Positions 24,535-37,662 of a DNA stretch of 64,000 nt are shown in pieces. Position numbers and translations under genes: made by a program. The stretch's first letter is position 1; every line of letters begins with the position of its first letter. This stretch comes from Chiloscyllium plagiosum (lineage: Eukaryota): assembly GCF_004010195.1 (NCBI RefSeq), contig NC_057753.1, positions 10,540,832 to 10,604,831 of the forward strand, written 5' to 3'. The notes under the pieces are model-generated. The model was not told the DNA's origin, made no database searches, and saw only the letters and a program-made list of their open reading frames with translations.

Positions 24535-25052
24535 NNNNNNNNNNNNNNNNNNNNNNNNNNNNNNNNNNNNNNNNNNNNNNNNNNNNNNNNNNNNNNNNNN
24601 NNNNNNNNNNNNNNNNNNNNNNNNNNNNNNNNNNNNNNNNNNNNNNNNNNNNNNNNNNNNNNNNNNNNNNNNNNNNNNNNNNNNNNNNNNNNNNNNNNNN
24701 NNNNNNNNNNNNNNNNNNNNNNNNNNNNNNNNNNNNNNNNNNNNNNNNNNNNNNNNNNNNNNNNNNNNNNNNNNNNNNNNNNNNNNNNNNNNNNNNNNNN
24801 NNNNNNNNNNNNNNNNNNNNNNNNNNNNNNNNNNNNNNNNNNNNNNNNNNNNNNNNNNNNNNNNNNNNNNNNNNNNNNNNNNNNNNNNNNNNNNNNNNNN
24901 NNNNNNNNNNNNNNNNNNNNNNNNNNNNNNNNNNNNNNNNNNNNNNNNNNNNNNNNNNNNNNNNNNNNNNNNNNNNNNNNNNNNNNNNNNNNNNNNNNNN
25001 NNNNNNNNNNNNNNNNNNNNNNNNNNNNNNNNNNNNNNNNNNNNNNNNNNNN
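24535..25052. other. Assembly gap
   Basis: Run of N. Confidence 1.
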
Positions 25053-26280
25053 CATCGACCACGTCGGGGGGGAAATTGGAAAGTTAAAATCCCCTACTAT
25101 AACCAAAATCACTTACAAATTTGTTTCTCAATTTCCCTCTGACTATGAGGGGTTCGATAGTACAATCCCAGTAAGGTGATCATCCCTTTCTTATTTCTCA
25201 GTTCCACTCAAATAACGTCCCTGGATGTTTTTCCAGGAATTTCCTCCCTCAGCACAGCTGTAATGCTATCCCTTATCAAAAACGTCACTCCCCCTCCTCT
25301 CTTGCCTCCCTTTCTGTCCTTCCTGTAGCATTTGTATCCTGGAACATTAAGTTGCCAGTCCTGTCCATCCCTCAGCCACATTTCTGTAATTGCAATGATA
25401 TTCCAGTCCCATGTTCCTAACCATGTTCATCTGTCTTCCCTGTTCAGCCTCTTGCATTGAAATAAATGCAGTTTAATTTATCAGTCCTACCTGGTTCTCT
25501 GCTTTGTCCCTGCCTGCCCTCACTGTTTGACTCGCTTCTTTTCTCAACTGTACCAGTCACAGGTTGATCTTTTTCCTCACTGAGTCCCACCTCCACCACC
25601 AGCTTAAATCCTCCCAAGCAGCTCTAGCAAATCTCTCTACCACGACATTAGTCCCCTTCCAATTTAGGTGCAATCCATCCTTCTTGTACAGGTCACTTCT
25701 AGCCCAGAAGAGAATCCAATGATCCAAAAATGTGAATTATTCCCCATACACGAGCTCCTCAGCCATGCATTCATCTGCTCTATCCTCCTATTCCTACCCT
25801 CGCTAGCTTATAGCACCAGGGGTAATCCAGGTATTACTACCCTCAAGGACCTCCTTTTTAAATCCCTACCTAACTCTCCATATTCTCCCTTCTGAATCTC
25901 ATCCTTTTCCCTTCCTCTGTTGTTGGTTCCAATGTGTACAATGACCTCCTGCTGGGCCCTCTCCCCCTTGGGAACATTCTGCACCCTGAGACATCTTTGA
26001 TCCTGGCACTAGGGAGTGAACACACCCCCTAAGGAGTTAACAAACTGCTCAGTGATGCCCGGTTTGGATTCCAGCAGGACCACTCAGCTCCAGACCTCAT
26101 TACAACCTTGGTCCAAACATGGACAAATTCTGATTTTTCGCTGTCTGTGCCTCGGACTCGAGAGTCCCCGATCACAATTGATTTCTTAGAACCTGACGTA
26201 CCCCTCATTGCATTAGAGCCAGTCTCGATACCAGAAACGTAGCTACTTGCGCTACATTCCCCCGAGAATCCATCACCTCT
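25053..26280 (-). mobile_element. CR1 LINE 5' portion (ORF1 esterase-like region and ORF2 APE)
   Basis: SIVIGDSRVRGTD (ORF1); IAITEMWL, KRGGGVTFLIRD and VIVGDFNFP (APE). Confidence 0.8.
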
Positions 26281-26282
26281 CC

Positions 26283-29200
26283 TCACCCGGGTAATTAAGA
26301 TACAAACATGAGTTAGCAGAGCCTGCTCCCTCCCTGGATTCATAGAACATAGAACATAGAAGAATACAGCGCAGTACAGGCCCTTTGGCCCTCGATGTTG
26401 CGCCGATCCAAGCCCACCTAACCTATACTAACCCACTATCCTCCATATACCTATCCAATGCCCGCTTAAATGCCCTTAAAGAGGGAGAGTCCACCACTGC
26501 TACTGGCAGGGCATTCCATGAACTTACGACTCGCTGAGTGAAGAACCTACCCCTAACTTCAGTCCTATATCTACCCCCCCTTAATTTAAAGCTATGCCCC
26601 CTTGTAATACCCGACTCCATACGCGGGAAAAGGTTCACACTGTCAACCCTATCTAACCCCCTAATCATCTTGTACACCTCAATCAAGTCACCCCTAAACC
26701 TTCTTTTCTCTAATGAAAACAGCCCCAAGTGTCTCAGTCTTTCCTCATACGATCTTCCTTCCATACCAGGCAACATCCTGGTAAACCTCCTCTGCACCCG
26801 TTCCAGTGCCTCCACATCCTTCCTATAGTATGGCGACCAAAACTGCACACAATATTCCAGATGCGGCCGCACCAGAGTCTTATACAACTGCATCATGACC
26901 TCAGTAATCCGGAACTCAATTCCTCTACCAATAAAAGCCAGTACGCCATATGCCTTCTTCACCGCACTATTTACCTGGGTGGCAACTTTCAGAGATCTGT
27001 GTACATGGACACCAAGATCCCTCTGCTCATCCACACTACCAAGATTCACTCCAGTTGCTCCAAGCGATAGATTTTACCGCCAGCCCTCCCTCCCACAATG
27101 AAACTGACAGGGCTACTTCCACGTTGTGATGTCATCGATGAATCGAGGGGACAGGGAGAGGCTGACAACAGCCCCACGCACTGCGCCTGCTCCAGATGCC
27201 CGGCCGGCACTGTGCTGGCTTGCAGTCTGCAATACTCCCTTCGGTCCAGAGAATTCCCACAGTGTGGAAGCTGGCCACTCAGCCAAGGACTCCAAACCAA
27301 CCCCCCAAAGGGTAACCCACCCATTCCCCTACCCCTACTGCTCTACATTTATCCCTGACTAATGCATCTAACCTGCACATCCCTGGACACAACAGGTAAC
27401 TTAGCATGGCCAATCCCACCTAACCTGGACAAAGTTTAAAAAAATCAAACATTACCAAGTTATAGTCCAACTTATTTGGAAGGACTAACATTCACAGCAC
27501 TGCTCCTTCATCAGGTGGTTGTGGAGAATAACAGAATTCATGGAGAAACATTACAATGTCCTGCCACTGAAATGATAGATTGAACAAACCTGGATTGTTA
27601 AGTCTTTCATCGTTTAGAATGGGTTGCAGGTATCAATAATATGTAATTCCCACACCTTCAAAAAGATAAATTAAGGTTTTATAACAAAAGGTGACATCTT
27701 AGCTCAGGCAATGCATTAAACGTGTGAGGCCAGAGCCCATCTGTATCTCAATCTTGAGTCAGACTGGTTCTATTTCCAAAGCGAACTTACAAAATATGAC
27801 GTGTACCAACTGCCTGCAGATTGTGCATTTTTTGCGCAAAATAGAATGCATCTGCAAACATAATTCTGCAAGTACCAATTCACCCCCATGGACCTGTGTG
27901 TGCGTGCGTGCACGCTGTATATCTCTATGCGTATTTGATAACAGATGCTTTTATTCTGTTTGTGTAAATATTGTTGTAAATCATAGCTGGGTACTAATAG
28001 TTAGATGTAAGGGAGTGAGAATTCTGGGAGAGCCCTATTTCTGATTTACTTCCTAATGAACAAACATTAAGTTCGAACACCTATATACTTTTAATTTTGT
28101 TTCATTTTTCTTGTTTGATTCCCTGCTATGAATACACTGTGTGTCTGGTCGGTTGACAGGCTGGAAGATTGTGGGTTGACTGAATTTTTATTGTTCTGGA
28201 AGGTGTAAAAGTTGGGGGGTGGCGGTGGCGGTGGAGTCAAAGCTTCAGCAGGAATCCAGCAGAGCTGAGAACAGACCGACACTTACTCTGTGGGAACAGG
28301 GAGATCAACAGAGGACAGAGAAACCAGGACCTGAAATCTGAGCTGACACCAGACTACCCTGTGATCAGTACTTTGATTAGCAGGGCTAACCCTCTTCCTT
28401 TACTGAGCTTCCCATTTGACTACCCCCTCGATATTCAGGATCCAATCTTTGTCATCCTGAAGCCATGTCTCTGTAAGGAGTCTCAGATCATAATTATTCT
28501 CTTCAATGAGTGCAGTCAATTCATTCTCTTTTGTTACAATGCAGCTCACATTCAGACACACCGTTTTTAGTTTCAACTTTTGTGATCTTTCGAATCCAGT
28601 TTTGATTGCTGGTACATTTACTCTCCTTATCCCTTTCTATCTGAAATTAATTCCCCAGATCACTACATTGCTCACCAGCCCTGATTTGGATTGGCCATGC
28701 TAAATTTCCCATAGCGCCCAGGGATGTGCAGTTAGGTGGGTTAGCCATGGGAAATGCAGGGTTATAGTTTCATAGTAATAAGAAGAGTAGGCCATTGGCC
28801 CGTCAAATCTGCTCCGCCATTCATTAAGATCATGGCTGACCTAGCCATCATCTCAGCTCCTCCTACCTCCATTGAGCAAACTACCCTTAATCCCCCACCA
28901 TCCAAAAGCCCACCCAACTGTTTCTTGAATGCACTCTACTGCTTCGTTGGGCAGAAAATTCCATAGATTCACTACTCTTCAGGAAAAGTAGTTCCTCATC
29001 TCTGTCCTAAATCTACTCCCCCTCATCTTGAGGCAGAGTCTCATCCACCAGCAGAAATGACTGGATAGGGTACAGGTTCATCCCCACAATTCAAAGAATT
29101 CCCACCTTCCAAGATGTATTCACTCACTCAGTTGCTGTCTCACAAATGAAAGATCTTATTGCAACTTCTCCTGTTCCCAGTCAAGACAAAACATCTTTGA

Positions 29201-29912
29201 AAGCGGCTCTGAAAGTCCAGTCTTCACAACCACACTCCTGCTTTCACAGAAGCCGATTAGGGTCATACACCACGGAAACAGACCCTTTGGCCCAACTTGT
29301 CTGTGCCAACAAGAAATCCTAAATTAATCTAAGTCATTTGCCAGCATTTGACCCATATCCTTCTAAACCCTTCCTCTTCATATCCCCATCCAGATGTCTT
29401 TAAATGTTGTAATTGTATCAGCCTCCACCACTTCCTCTGGCAGCCTTTTCCATACATGCACCACCCTCCATGAAAAAGTTGCCCCTCAGGTCCCTTTTAA
29501 ATCATTCCCCTCTCACCCCTAACATACACCCCTCTAGTTTTGGACTTCCCTATCCTGGGTACTCACCCTATCCTGCCCCTTATAAACATCTATAAAAGGT
29601 CACGCCTCAACCTCCAATGCTCCAGGGAAAATATCCGTTGCCTATTTAGCCTCTCCCTGTGTCTCAAACTCTCCAACTCTGGCAAGAGTCTTGTAAATCT
29701 TTTCTGACCTCTTTCAAAGTTTCACAACATTGCAGGGAGACCAGAACTGAACACAGTATTCGAAAAGTGGCCTAACCAAAGTCCTGTACAGCCACACCAT
29801 GACCTCCCCACTCCTTTATCAATGCTCTTACCAATAAAGGAAAGCATACCAAATACCTTCCTCACTCTTCTCTCTACCTAAGACTCCATATTCAAGGAAC
29901 TGTGAACCTGCA
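26283..29912 (-). repeat. Segmental duplication, cassette copy B (truncated)
   Basis: Colinear with 48355-51830 plus 53297-53925; ends at the ERV2 LTR junction. Confidence 0.9.
26343..27042 (-). mobile_element. Young 5'-truncated CR1 with 6-bp TSD
   Basis: Uninterrupted ORF2 C-terminus (ORF 26423-27049); (TTCTATG)n tail; GATTCA at 26337-26342 and 27043-27048. Confidence 0.93.
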
Positions 29913-30106
29913 CTGTTAAAGTACAGATATGAGACCGCCCAGGGAATCCCTTATGGACTCAGACCCGTAAGTAACCAAAGTCCTGTACAGCCACACCATG
30001 ACCTCCCAACTCCTTTACTCAATGCTCTTACCAATAAAGGAAAGCATACCTTCTTCACTCTTCTCTCTACCTAAGACTCCATTTTCAAGGAACTGTGAAC
30101 CTGCAC

Positions 30107-31604
30107 TGTTAAAGTACAGATATGAGACCGCCCAGGGAATCCCTTATGGACTCAGACCCGTAAGCCTCTCTTTCTTGGTTCGTCCCGGAGAGCATACTCT
30201 TTGAAAGTCCGGAATTTAAAAAACTCTTACAGACAGATTAGTTTAATTTTAGTCATCCCCTTTATTTACCAATAGCATCACTGTTACAACAAAACACTGT
30301 AAGCCAAACTAGCTAGGTTCTAATAACCTAGGAGAGTAGGGTACCAGCTGTTCCAGCAGGCTACTCCATTTATACAAATGGCTTCCTTTATACAAACATT
30401 GCATGTTCTTAATTAGACAGATAACAGTGAAAGACAATAATTCGTAAGGAAGAAAGGTTAATTGACAGGTCTATGTACGCTTGACTAATCACTCCTACAG
30501 GCCCTAAGCCATTCATCAGGTGGGAAAAAACATACCCAGCCGAGTTAAGTGCCTGCTAGCGAGATAAACTCCTGTTAAAAAGAGGTACCAGTCTCAGCTA
30601 ATGGGAGAATTCATACATAACCTTGCACAGCTCACATGTCAGATACAATGGTTTTACAAAATGGCTTCTTAGCAAGGAAGGCAAACTTTTGACCATTAAA
30701 TGGCTTCCCAACACATTGTGCCAGAATCTCTTCAATTTTCAGCCTAGAATAATTTCTAAGCGAGGAGCAGACTCCTGCTTTTTAAGCACTGAATCATTCT
30801 GTACCTGAGGCTGAGATGTTACCATAACGTTGCATTTGTTTAGTTTTTGATTCATTAGTTTTTGAATTAGACGTGCTTTCTTTTCAGGGTGGTAATTCAA
30901 ATTCAAACAAGACATAAGATCTGATTAGTTAGAGCTGACAGTGAGGCAGTCTGTAAGGTCGGTAGAGTGATCTGCAAGAAAAGCAAGTTAAAGCTTCATC
31001 AATATTACCTTTTACTTATTTAATAACCAGTAATGGCTACTCAATACCATCATAAGTCCCAAAATGCAATTAAATTCAATCCATAGCAGGTAATCACTAA
31101 GAGTTAATTTTCTACTGGCTCTAACAGCCTCAGCACCAAAATGGTCTCTCTCTCTATTGTTCTTTTGAACTCTCGATTCAGGGACTTGTAACAGCAAAGA
31201 TGTTTTGCCCTCTGTCTGCCTTGCTTGCAAGGGGTAATAAGAATCCATTATAATTGACAGGACCTGACCGTCAAATACAAGGCTTTTGATAGTACCGAAT
31301 TTTGTTTCGGGGTCAGAATCAATCACTGTCATTAATTTCACAAGGGAACAGCCGTGAATGTAATCACTTGGTGTCCTGTTCACACAGATTCACTGACACT
31401 AAGGCAAATGTTTTTAATTGCCTTAGGGCATCCTGGTATCACTTGGTGAGCATAGATGTTTTTATTTTCTGCATGCCTTGAGTTCCCCCCTTTTTCTGAG
31501 TCTTCCTGCTTATTTTCTAGAGTGCAGCAAACGTGTTCTATAATTTAACATTACATTTTAGTCTAAATGTTTAAAGACAAGTTTTAAGGCAATAGACATT
31601 CTCA
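30107..31604 (-). repeat. ERV2 3' LTR (~1.5 kb)
   Basis: Preceded on the minus strand by PPT AAAAGGAGGGAA (31616-31605); TG...CA termini; AATAAA near 30262; colinear with solo LTR 51834-53296. Confidence 0.9.
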
Positions 31605-31829
31605 TTCCCTCCTTTTGTCATTTCATGACAACTACTTGGCATACATAAGTATAACTAGTCCATTCAGTTGATTTGAATTTTCAATAAAGTCAAGTGGCTC
31701 CTCTGGTGAGTCATCATCCGGAGAAGCAGAGTCTGAAAGATACTGGACTTCAGCATGAAAGTTCGGGCATGGAGGTACAGGGGTAGACAAGGAATGATTA
31801 ACCAGATTCCTCTTTGGCTTAGGTGAAAA

Positions 31830-33350
31830 GCTACATACGGTCCATTTCACGCATAAGTGGACAACCATGTATATTCCTAGGATGAGACCAAGAACTATCT
31901 GTACGTCCCACACAATCCATCCGCACAGCGACCATAGCCAGCAAGCAACACCTCATCCACATGAATTGGACAACGGTGGGGCAGGTATCTTCCTTGCGTC
32001 TTGACCTGGTTTGTTGACATTTTGTCATCATCCAAAATGTCTTTCGAAAAATCATTGATGTAGGTGCAACATTGCAGGCCAATGACTGAACAAGCGCCTC
32101 CTTCTTTAGCAAGGAGGAGATCTAGCACTAGCCGATTCTGGAGCGTCATCGTCTGGGTCTCCTGTAACTATTTCTCCACCAGCTTCAAAGCGTGGGCAGT
32201 TGAGTTGGCATGGTTTTCGATGTCATACGCAAGGTTGCTTACCTGATCGAGAGCCATCTCAACACCCCAGCCAGGAATAAGACCTGGTCCACCAGGTTCG
32301 TTGATGGAAGATGATGTGTAAGTCCCGTTTTATCTTTTCCCTCTACTTTTTATTCCGTACCGATCCACATGTTGGTGGGCGTTCCATTCATCATCTACTC
32401 AGCTACTTCATGGTGGAGGGTAAAAAGTTGTAAGGTGTATATGAGGGCACAACGTCCGTACCAGTTATTGGGTAAATATGGGTAGGCATGTTTTCGCATA
32501 GACAGTGAAGGCTAGGAGGAGTTCCAAGGGTGCACTTCTGCGAGTGAATGACGAGTCCACTCAGAGCAAGAACTGAATCTTGGAAATAGTGGGTGCTATC
32601 AAGCGTCTGGTTGTCCAAGTATATAAATGGATGGAGAGCAGGTGTATGACCAGTGTCTTTTATAATATTATTGCATAGTTTTTGTTTCAGTTGCCCCATG
32701 TCGTAGGTACGGGAAGGTCTTTCAATGCACCATTCTAACAGCAGATCAACGTTAACGGTGAATCCTTCAGGTTTGTTAGTGCACTTCACACAGCAACTCG
32801 CTTCTTCTACCAAATGGGTTTTTCCCATTGCATATGTGGGTGAGTTCTACTTATACACACTACATCAGCATGATGGAAGAGTGAGCAGATAACACACAGA
32901 TCAGGGGGTTTAGCTTGAATAAAAAAACCATTACTAACAGAAGGATGATTGGGAGTGCATAGTATTTTGGTCTTTCTTTATCTTTCCAGCTCGTCTTGTT
33001 AATTACTGTAGCTACTGAATATAGGAAACGTGTAAAGGTATTTCTGTCAGTGGCAGTAGGTCAGATGGGAGAAGATTCCATAGAGAAGGTATAGATGGTT
33101 AGTCTCATGGCAATACGTGCCTTAGAGTTTAGTGATTTTGGTACTATGTGCTCAATACTGTAATCTGTACCGTTCATTTTGAGAAGGGAACAGGCAAACA
33201 TTCCAAAATAACAGTTTTCGGTTGACAGAGCGGATGAGGTTATGGAATTGTGCCATCTTGTGATGACTGGCATAGAAATGGTGTGAGGATGACAATAAGG
33301 TCAAGATTGATGTTTGGATACACAATGAGAGCAGTTGAAATGAGTCTCAA
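31830..33350 (-). pseudogene. env: ERV2 env
   Basis: CVIC (CxxC) at ~32890; KIKR cleavage site at ~32330; fusion peptide GLIPGWGV; LQNRLVLDLLLAKEGGACSVIGLQCC (ISD plus CX6CC). Confidence 0.9.
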
Positions 33351-33393
33351 CTGGGCACCTGCATTCATGACTTCCAATGGTATTAGTGCAGGT

Positions 33394-36300
33394 TTAATTT
33401 ATACAGTCACATTGGAGTTTTAGCCATTCTGAGATATCACAGATGGGTTGGTTACATCTGGGAGTACGTACTTGGGTTGGGCTTTCATCGGATGTCTGTA
33501 GCAGTACTAACACTAGGACTGAGGGGGATACAAGCTTGCAATGTCCTTTGTAGACCAATGTTGAACATCCTTCTAACTTTACTGCAATTTCGGTTGTCAA
33601 AAGAATTTGATAAGGATCTTTCCAGCGGGGGCCTAATTTTTCACAATTAAAGTCTTTCAATAGTGCATAGTCACCAGGGTTAATGCCTTTAAACATTGGA
33701 GCTCTTTCTTCTTCCTTGCCTGGTACTCAATAGGCTTCTTTGACCTGTTGACAAGACTGCCGTCAGGTATCTGTGCATTTCTTCCACCATGATATGCACA
33801 TCAACAGGGTGTTGGGCAGTTAATGGTGCAGATCAGGGAGTCCTCAGGGGCTTCCCATACAATCAGTTCAGCTGCTGAGAATCCTGCCTTTTTCAGTGTC
33901 ATGGTTCTCATATTAAAAAGGGAAATTGGGAGTACTTGCAGCCAATTAAGGCCCATTTCTTCTACCAACTTGCTTAGCTGACCTTTTAAGGCTGTCTCTA
34001 CAATTCCTGCTGCTCGGGGATGATTGGCACAATGGAATTTTTGATTCATATTCAAACTCTTACATAGTGCCTTGTTTAGCTCTGCACAAAAGTGGGGGCC
34101 ATTATCAGCACAGACCATTACTGGTATTCCAAATCTGGGCATGATTTCCCTTAGTAGAATTTTACAAGTAGTTGTTGCTGTGCAGTCAGTACAGGGATAA
34201 GCTTCAATCCATTTACTAAATACATTGATTATCACTATGTATTTAGCGAATTAGATTTTATAGCGATAATGAGGTGTCATTGTTATAAGTACTGTTACAA
34301 TTCTTACAATACTTATAACAATGACATCTAGGTAACTATAAAGTCTAACTGGATGGTATCAAGAGGTACACGTCAAGGGCGTTTCACCTGGTGCAGACTT
34401 TACTCCTTTCCCAGGATTATGCTTTTGACAAATTAAGCAATTTGCAGCTGCTTGTTTTGCTTTCTCTTGCAGGTAGGGATTCCACCAAGTTTGGAGAATT
34501 CTGTCCACCATTCCCTCCTTACGTACACATGTACGTGTGTGAACATAATCAACTAGAATAGGCAGAAGTGAGTCAGGCTGACATGTCTGTCCTACCAGCG
34601 TAACCCAAAGCTTATTGTAACTACATAACAACCATGGTTCACCCATCTTTCTCTTTCCTCATCAGAGGCACCCCCGATGGGTCCGTATTTGCTTAAGGTC
34701 AGGCACGGTCGGGGTTTCAAAAGAGAAAATAGGAGAGTTTCCCTTTGGTTTTCTATTCGTCATTTGAGTAACCATGTCATTTTGTTCAAAAGCTGCTTTC
34801 TTAGCAGCCGCATCAGCGACGTTGTTGCCTTTGGAAGCAAATTAGGAGTGAACAGAACATTTGGTAATTGCCAGTTGAGAGGGAAGTTGAATAGCACTGA
34901 GGAGATTAGTAATATTGACAGCTTTGAGGAGAAGGGTTCCTGAGGAGGTAAGGAAGCTGCGCTGATGCCAGAACGTAGCGGGAATCAGTACAGATATTGG
35001 CTGACTTTCCTTCAGCAAGTATGCAGGCACAGGTGAGAGCAAGGAGCTCAGCTTGCTGGGCAGAACAGCGTGTGTCAAAAGAATAAGCTTCTATTGTATG
35101 GGACAAAGTGACAATCGCATATCCTGATGCGTGTTTGCCCTCTGGAGAGACAGAAGAACCATTGACATAAAGTGTAACAAGAGTATGATTCGTAAGATCA
35201 GGATGTGGTTTAGTAACAAGGTCATTTATGAGAACACAATCATGGGGAGGATCAGGCAGTTCAAGAGGTTCTTCCTGCAGGAAGGTAGCAGGGCTAATGT
35301 TAGAGCAGTATTTAAAGGAGAGAAGCAAATTCTGAAGTAATGAAATCTCATAGCGACAAAGACGAGCCGCAGTGAGGTGTTGAGTACATTTAGAGGTAAG
35401 CAATGATACCACAGAATGCGAGGTACAGACTTCTACATTTTGATGTCAAGTTATATTAGAGGTAGCCAATACCATAGTATGGATGGTAGGGAGAATCTGG
35501 GTGCAGGAAGGCATACCTTGAGCAATGGGGTCAAGCTTATAACATAATAGGCAATAGGGTGCCAAAGGAGCTATGGTGCTGAGTGAGAACAGCTGTAGCA
35601 CAGGTGTCAAGGATGGCAACATAAAGATGGAAGTGGCAGTCATACAAACGTCGGCCTAGCGGGGGTGCTGAAGAAAGGGAAGTTTTAAGCTCCGTAAAAG
35701 CTTGTAGTTGTTCAGGGGTGAGTTCATACCGTTGAGGTGCATTAGACGAGGACAGGAGAGATAATTTTTGGGTCAGAAGGGCACAATTAGGAATCCATTG
35801 TCGGCAATGATTGACGAGACCTTGAAACGAACACATCTGTTTAGGAATAGTTGGAGGATCAATACATTCAGGTGTCAAGCGCTGATCGAATTCAGAAATG
35901 AAAGTACCTAGTAATTTAACTTCTTTCTGATTCGTCTTAACTTTGCTGGGGGGTACAATTTAGCCACATTGATGTGGATGGTTTAGTAAGGTAGCAGAGT
36001 CATTGTGATTGGACATTTCGTCAGGGAGGAGGTCATCGATATATTGAACTAGAGTAGAGTCTCCAGGAAATTCAAGTGATTCAAGCTGGGTGCGAAGAGT
36101 CTCTGAAAGAGAGTGTGGGTGAGTGAATAAACCCTTGAGGTAGGCAGGTCCATGTATATTGGTGGCCCTTAAAAGGAGGCAAAAATGTATTGGGCTATCT
36201 GGATGCAAAGGAAGACAAAAGAATGCAGGTTGGAGGTCAACGATAGTGAAGATCTTGGCATCAACTGGAACTTGGCTGAGGACAGTAGCAGGATTGGCAA

Positions 36301-37620
36301 CTGGAGGATGATGAGGCTCAATGATTTTATTTACTTCACGAAGGTCGTGAACGACATTCAGGACATCCCGGTGTAGGGATCGGAAAGATAGGTGTATTGA
36401 CAGAAGAATGGCATGGGACTAGAAGGCCTTGCTGTAGAAATGAATCAATGACAGGTTGAATGCCAGCTTCACCTTCTGGTTTCAGGGGGTATTGAGATAT
36501 AGACAGGAGGACAGAATTAGGTTTGATCAGAACATTTTATTTACTTTACGAAGGTCTTGAGCGAGTTGCCATTCAGGACATCCCGGTTTAGGGATCGGAA
36601 AGGTAAGTGTATTGACAGAAGAATGGCATGGGACTAGAAGGCCTTGCTGTAGAAATGAATCAATGACAGGTTGAATGCCAGCTTCACCTTCTGGTGTCAG
36701 GGGTATTGAGGCATAGACAGGAGGACAAAATTAGGTTTGATCAGAGTGGAGATGGGTGGGACCTTAGCAAGGCCCACTTCTGTTTAGGAGGCCACCCAGA
36801 CTCTAGGATATACTGCGTCCTGTGGGTGAGGGTGGGTGTGACGACGATGATGAAGGCTGCCATGAATCAAGGAAGATTGTACATAAAATAGGATCGATCC
36901 TTGAGCAAGCAGCTGAATTTCATGGGAAGTTGGATCAGCATGGTCAAAAAGTGTCAAAACCTACTTCTTGGGCTTTATGTTCTGGGTTCAAGTGAGTGGT
37001 GACACAGGGGAAAATGAGGGGGTCAGTTTTCCAGATATGAAGGGGAACTGACACGAAAGAACGCCACCAGCTGGTGACCTGATCTCACCAATCACCCAAG
37101 AGTGCTGAGTAGTGCCCACTACTCACGTGTTCAAACCTGAGATCATTCCCGGGTGAGTCATAAGCTAAAGTAATGTGGGGGTGAGGGACGCCATGTAAAA
37201 TAGGATCGAAAGAGTGAGGATCCAAATCAAGTGACCACCATCGAGGCAGTTTTGGTTTGGTTTTGACGCATTGAACAAAATGAGGTAGATCCTGAATCAG
37301 GATACCATCATGACATTCAATAGTAATATTTAGAGGACAGAGATCTCTAGCGAGTAGAGGGATACGTAATCCATTAGTAACAACAAAGCCAAAAGGGAGC
37401 GTGACAATTTTTCCACACTACTGTCAGAGGGGCAGCTCTTGGACCAACGATCTATTAGAGGAACCATCAAACATTGCAGGATTTCATCATCCTCCAAGAT
37501 TTGAAAAATCAAAAGCATGAGCAAGGTAGGTGGAAAGTGACGAAACAGTGGCTCATGTGTCAACCATGAATTCAATATCATGGCCATTAATGTTAAGAAT
37601 TAGTATGGGCTAGCATTAAG
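33394..37620 (-). pseudogene. pol: ERV2 pro-pol (protease, extra domain, RT, RNase H, integrase)
   Basis: FMVDT*AT and PLLARDL (protease); LPQGF and QYIDDLL (RT); LYVNGS, SAQQAELLAL and TDSRY (RNase H); CLIC, DNGPHF and PRWKDPY (integrase). Confidence 0.92.
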
Positions 37621-37662
37621 TAAGGGAAAATTTAAAGCAGAAGGATGATCTATATCCGGGAG

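Noticed and set aside
24448..25179. Long ORFs containing X runs (also 58177-58978)
   Set aside because: Artefacts of translating assembly gaps
31830..33350. ERV env genes as possible domesticated syncytin-like genes
   Set aside because: Both env copies are broken by frameshifts (ERV2 env also has in-frame stops)
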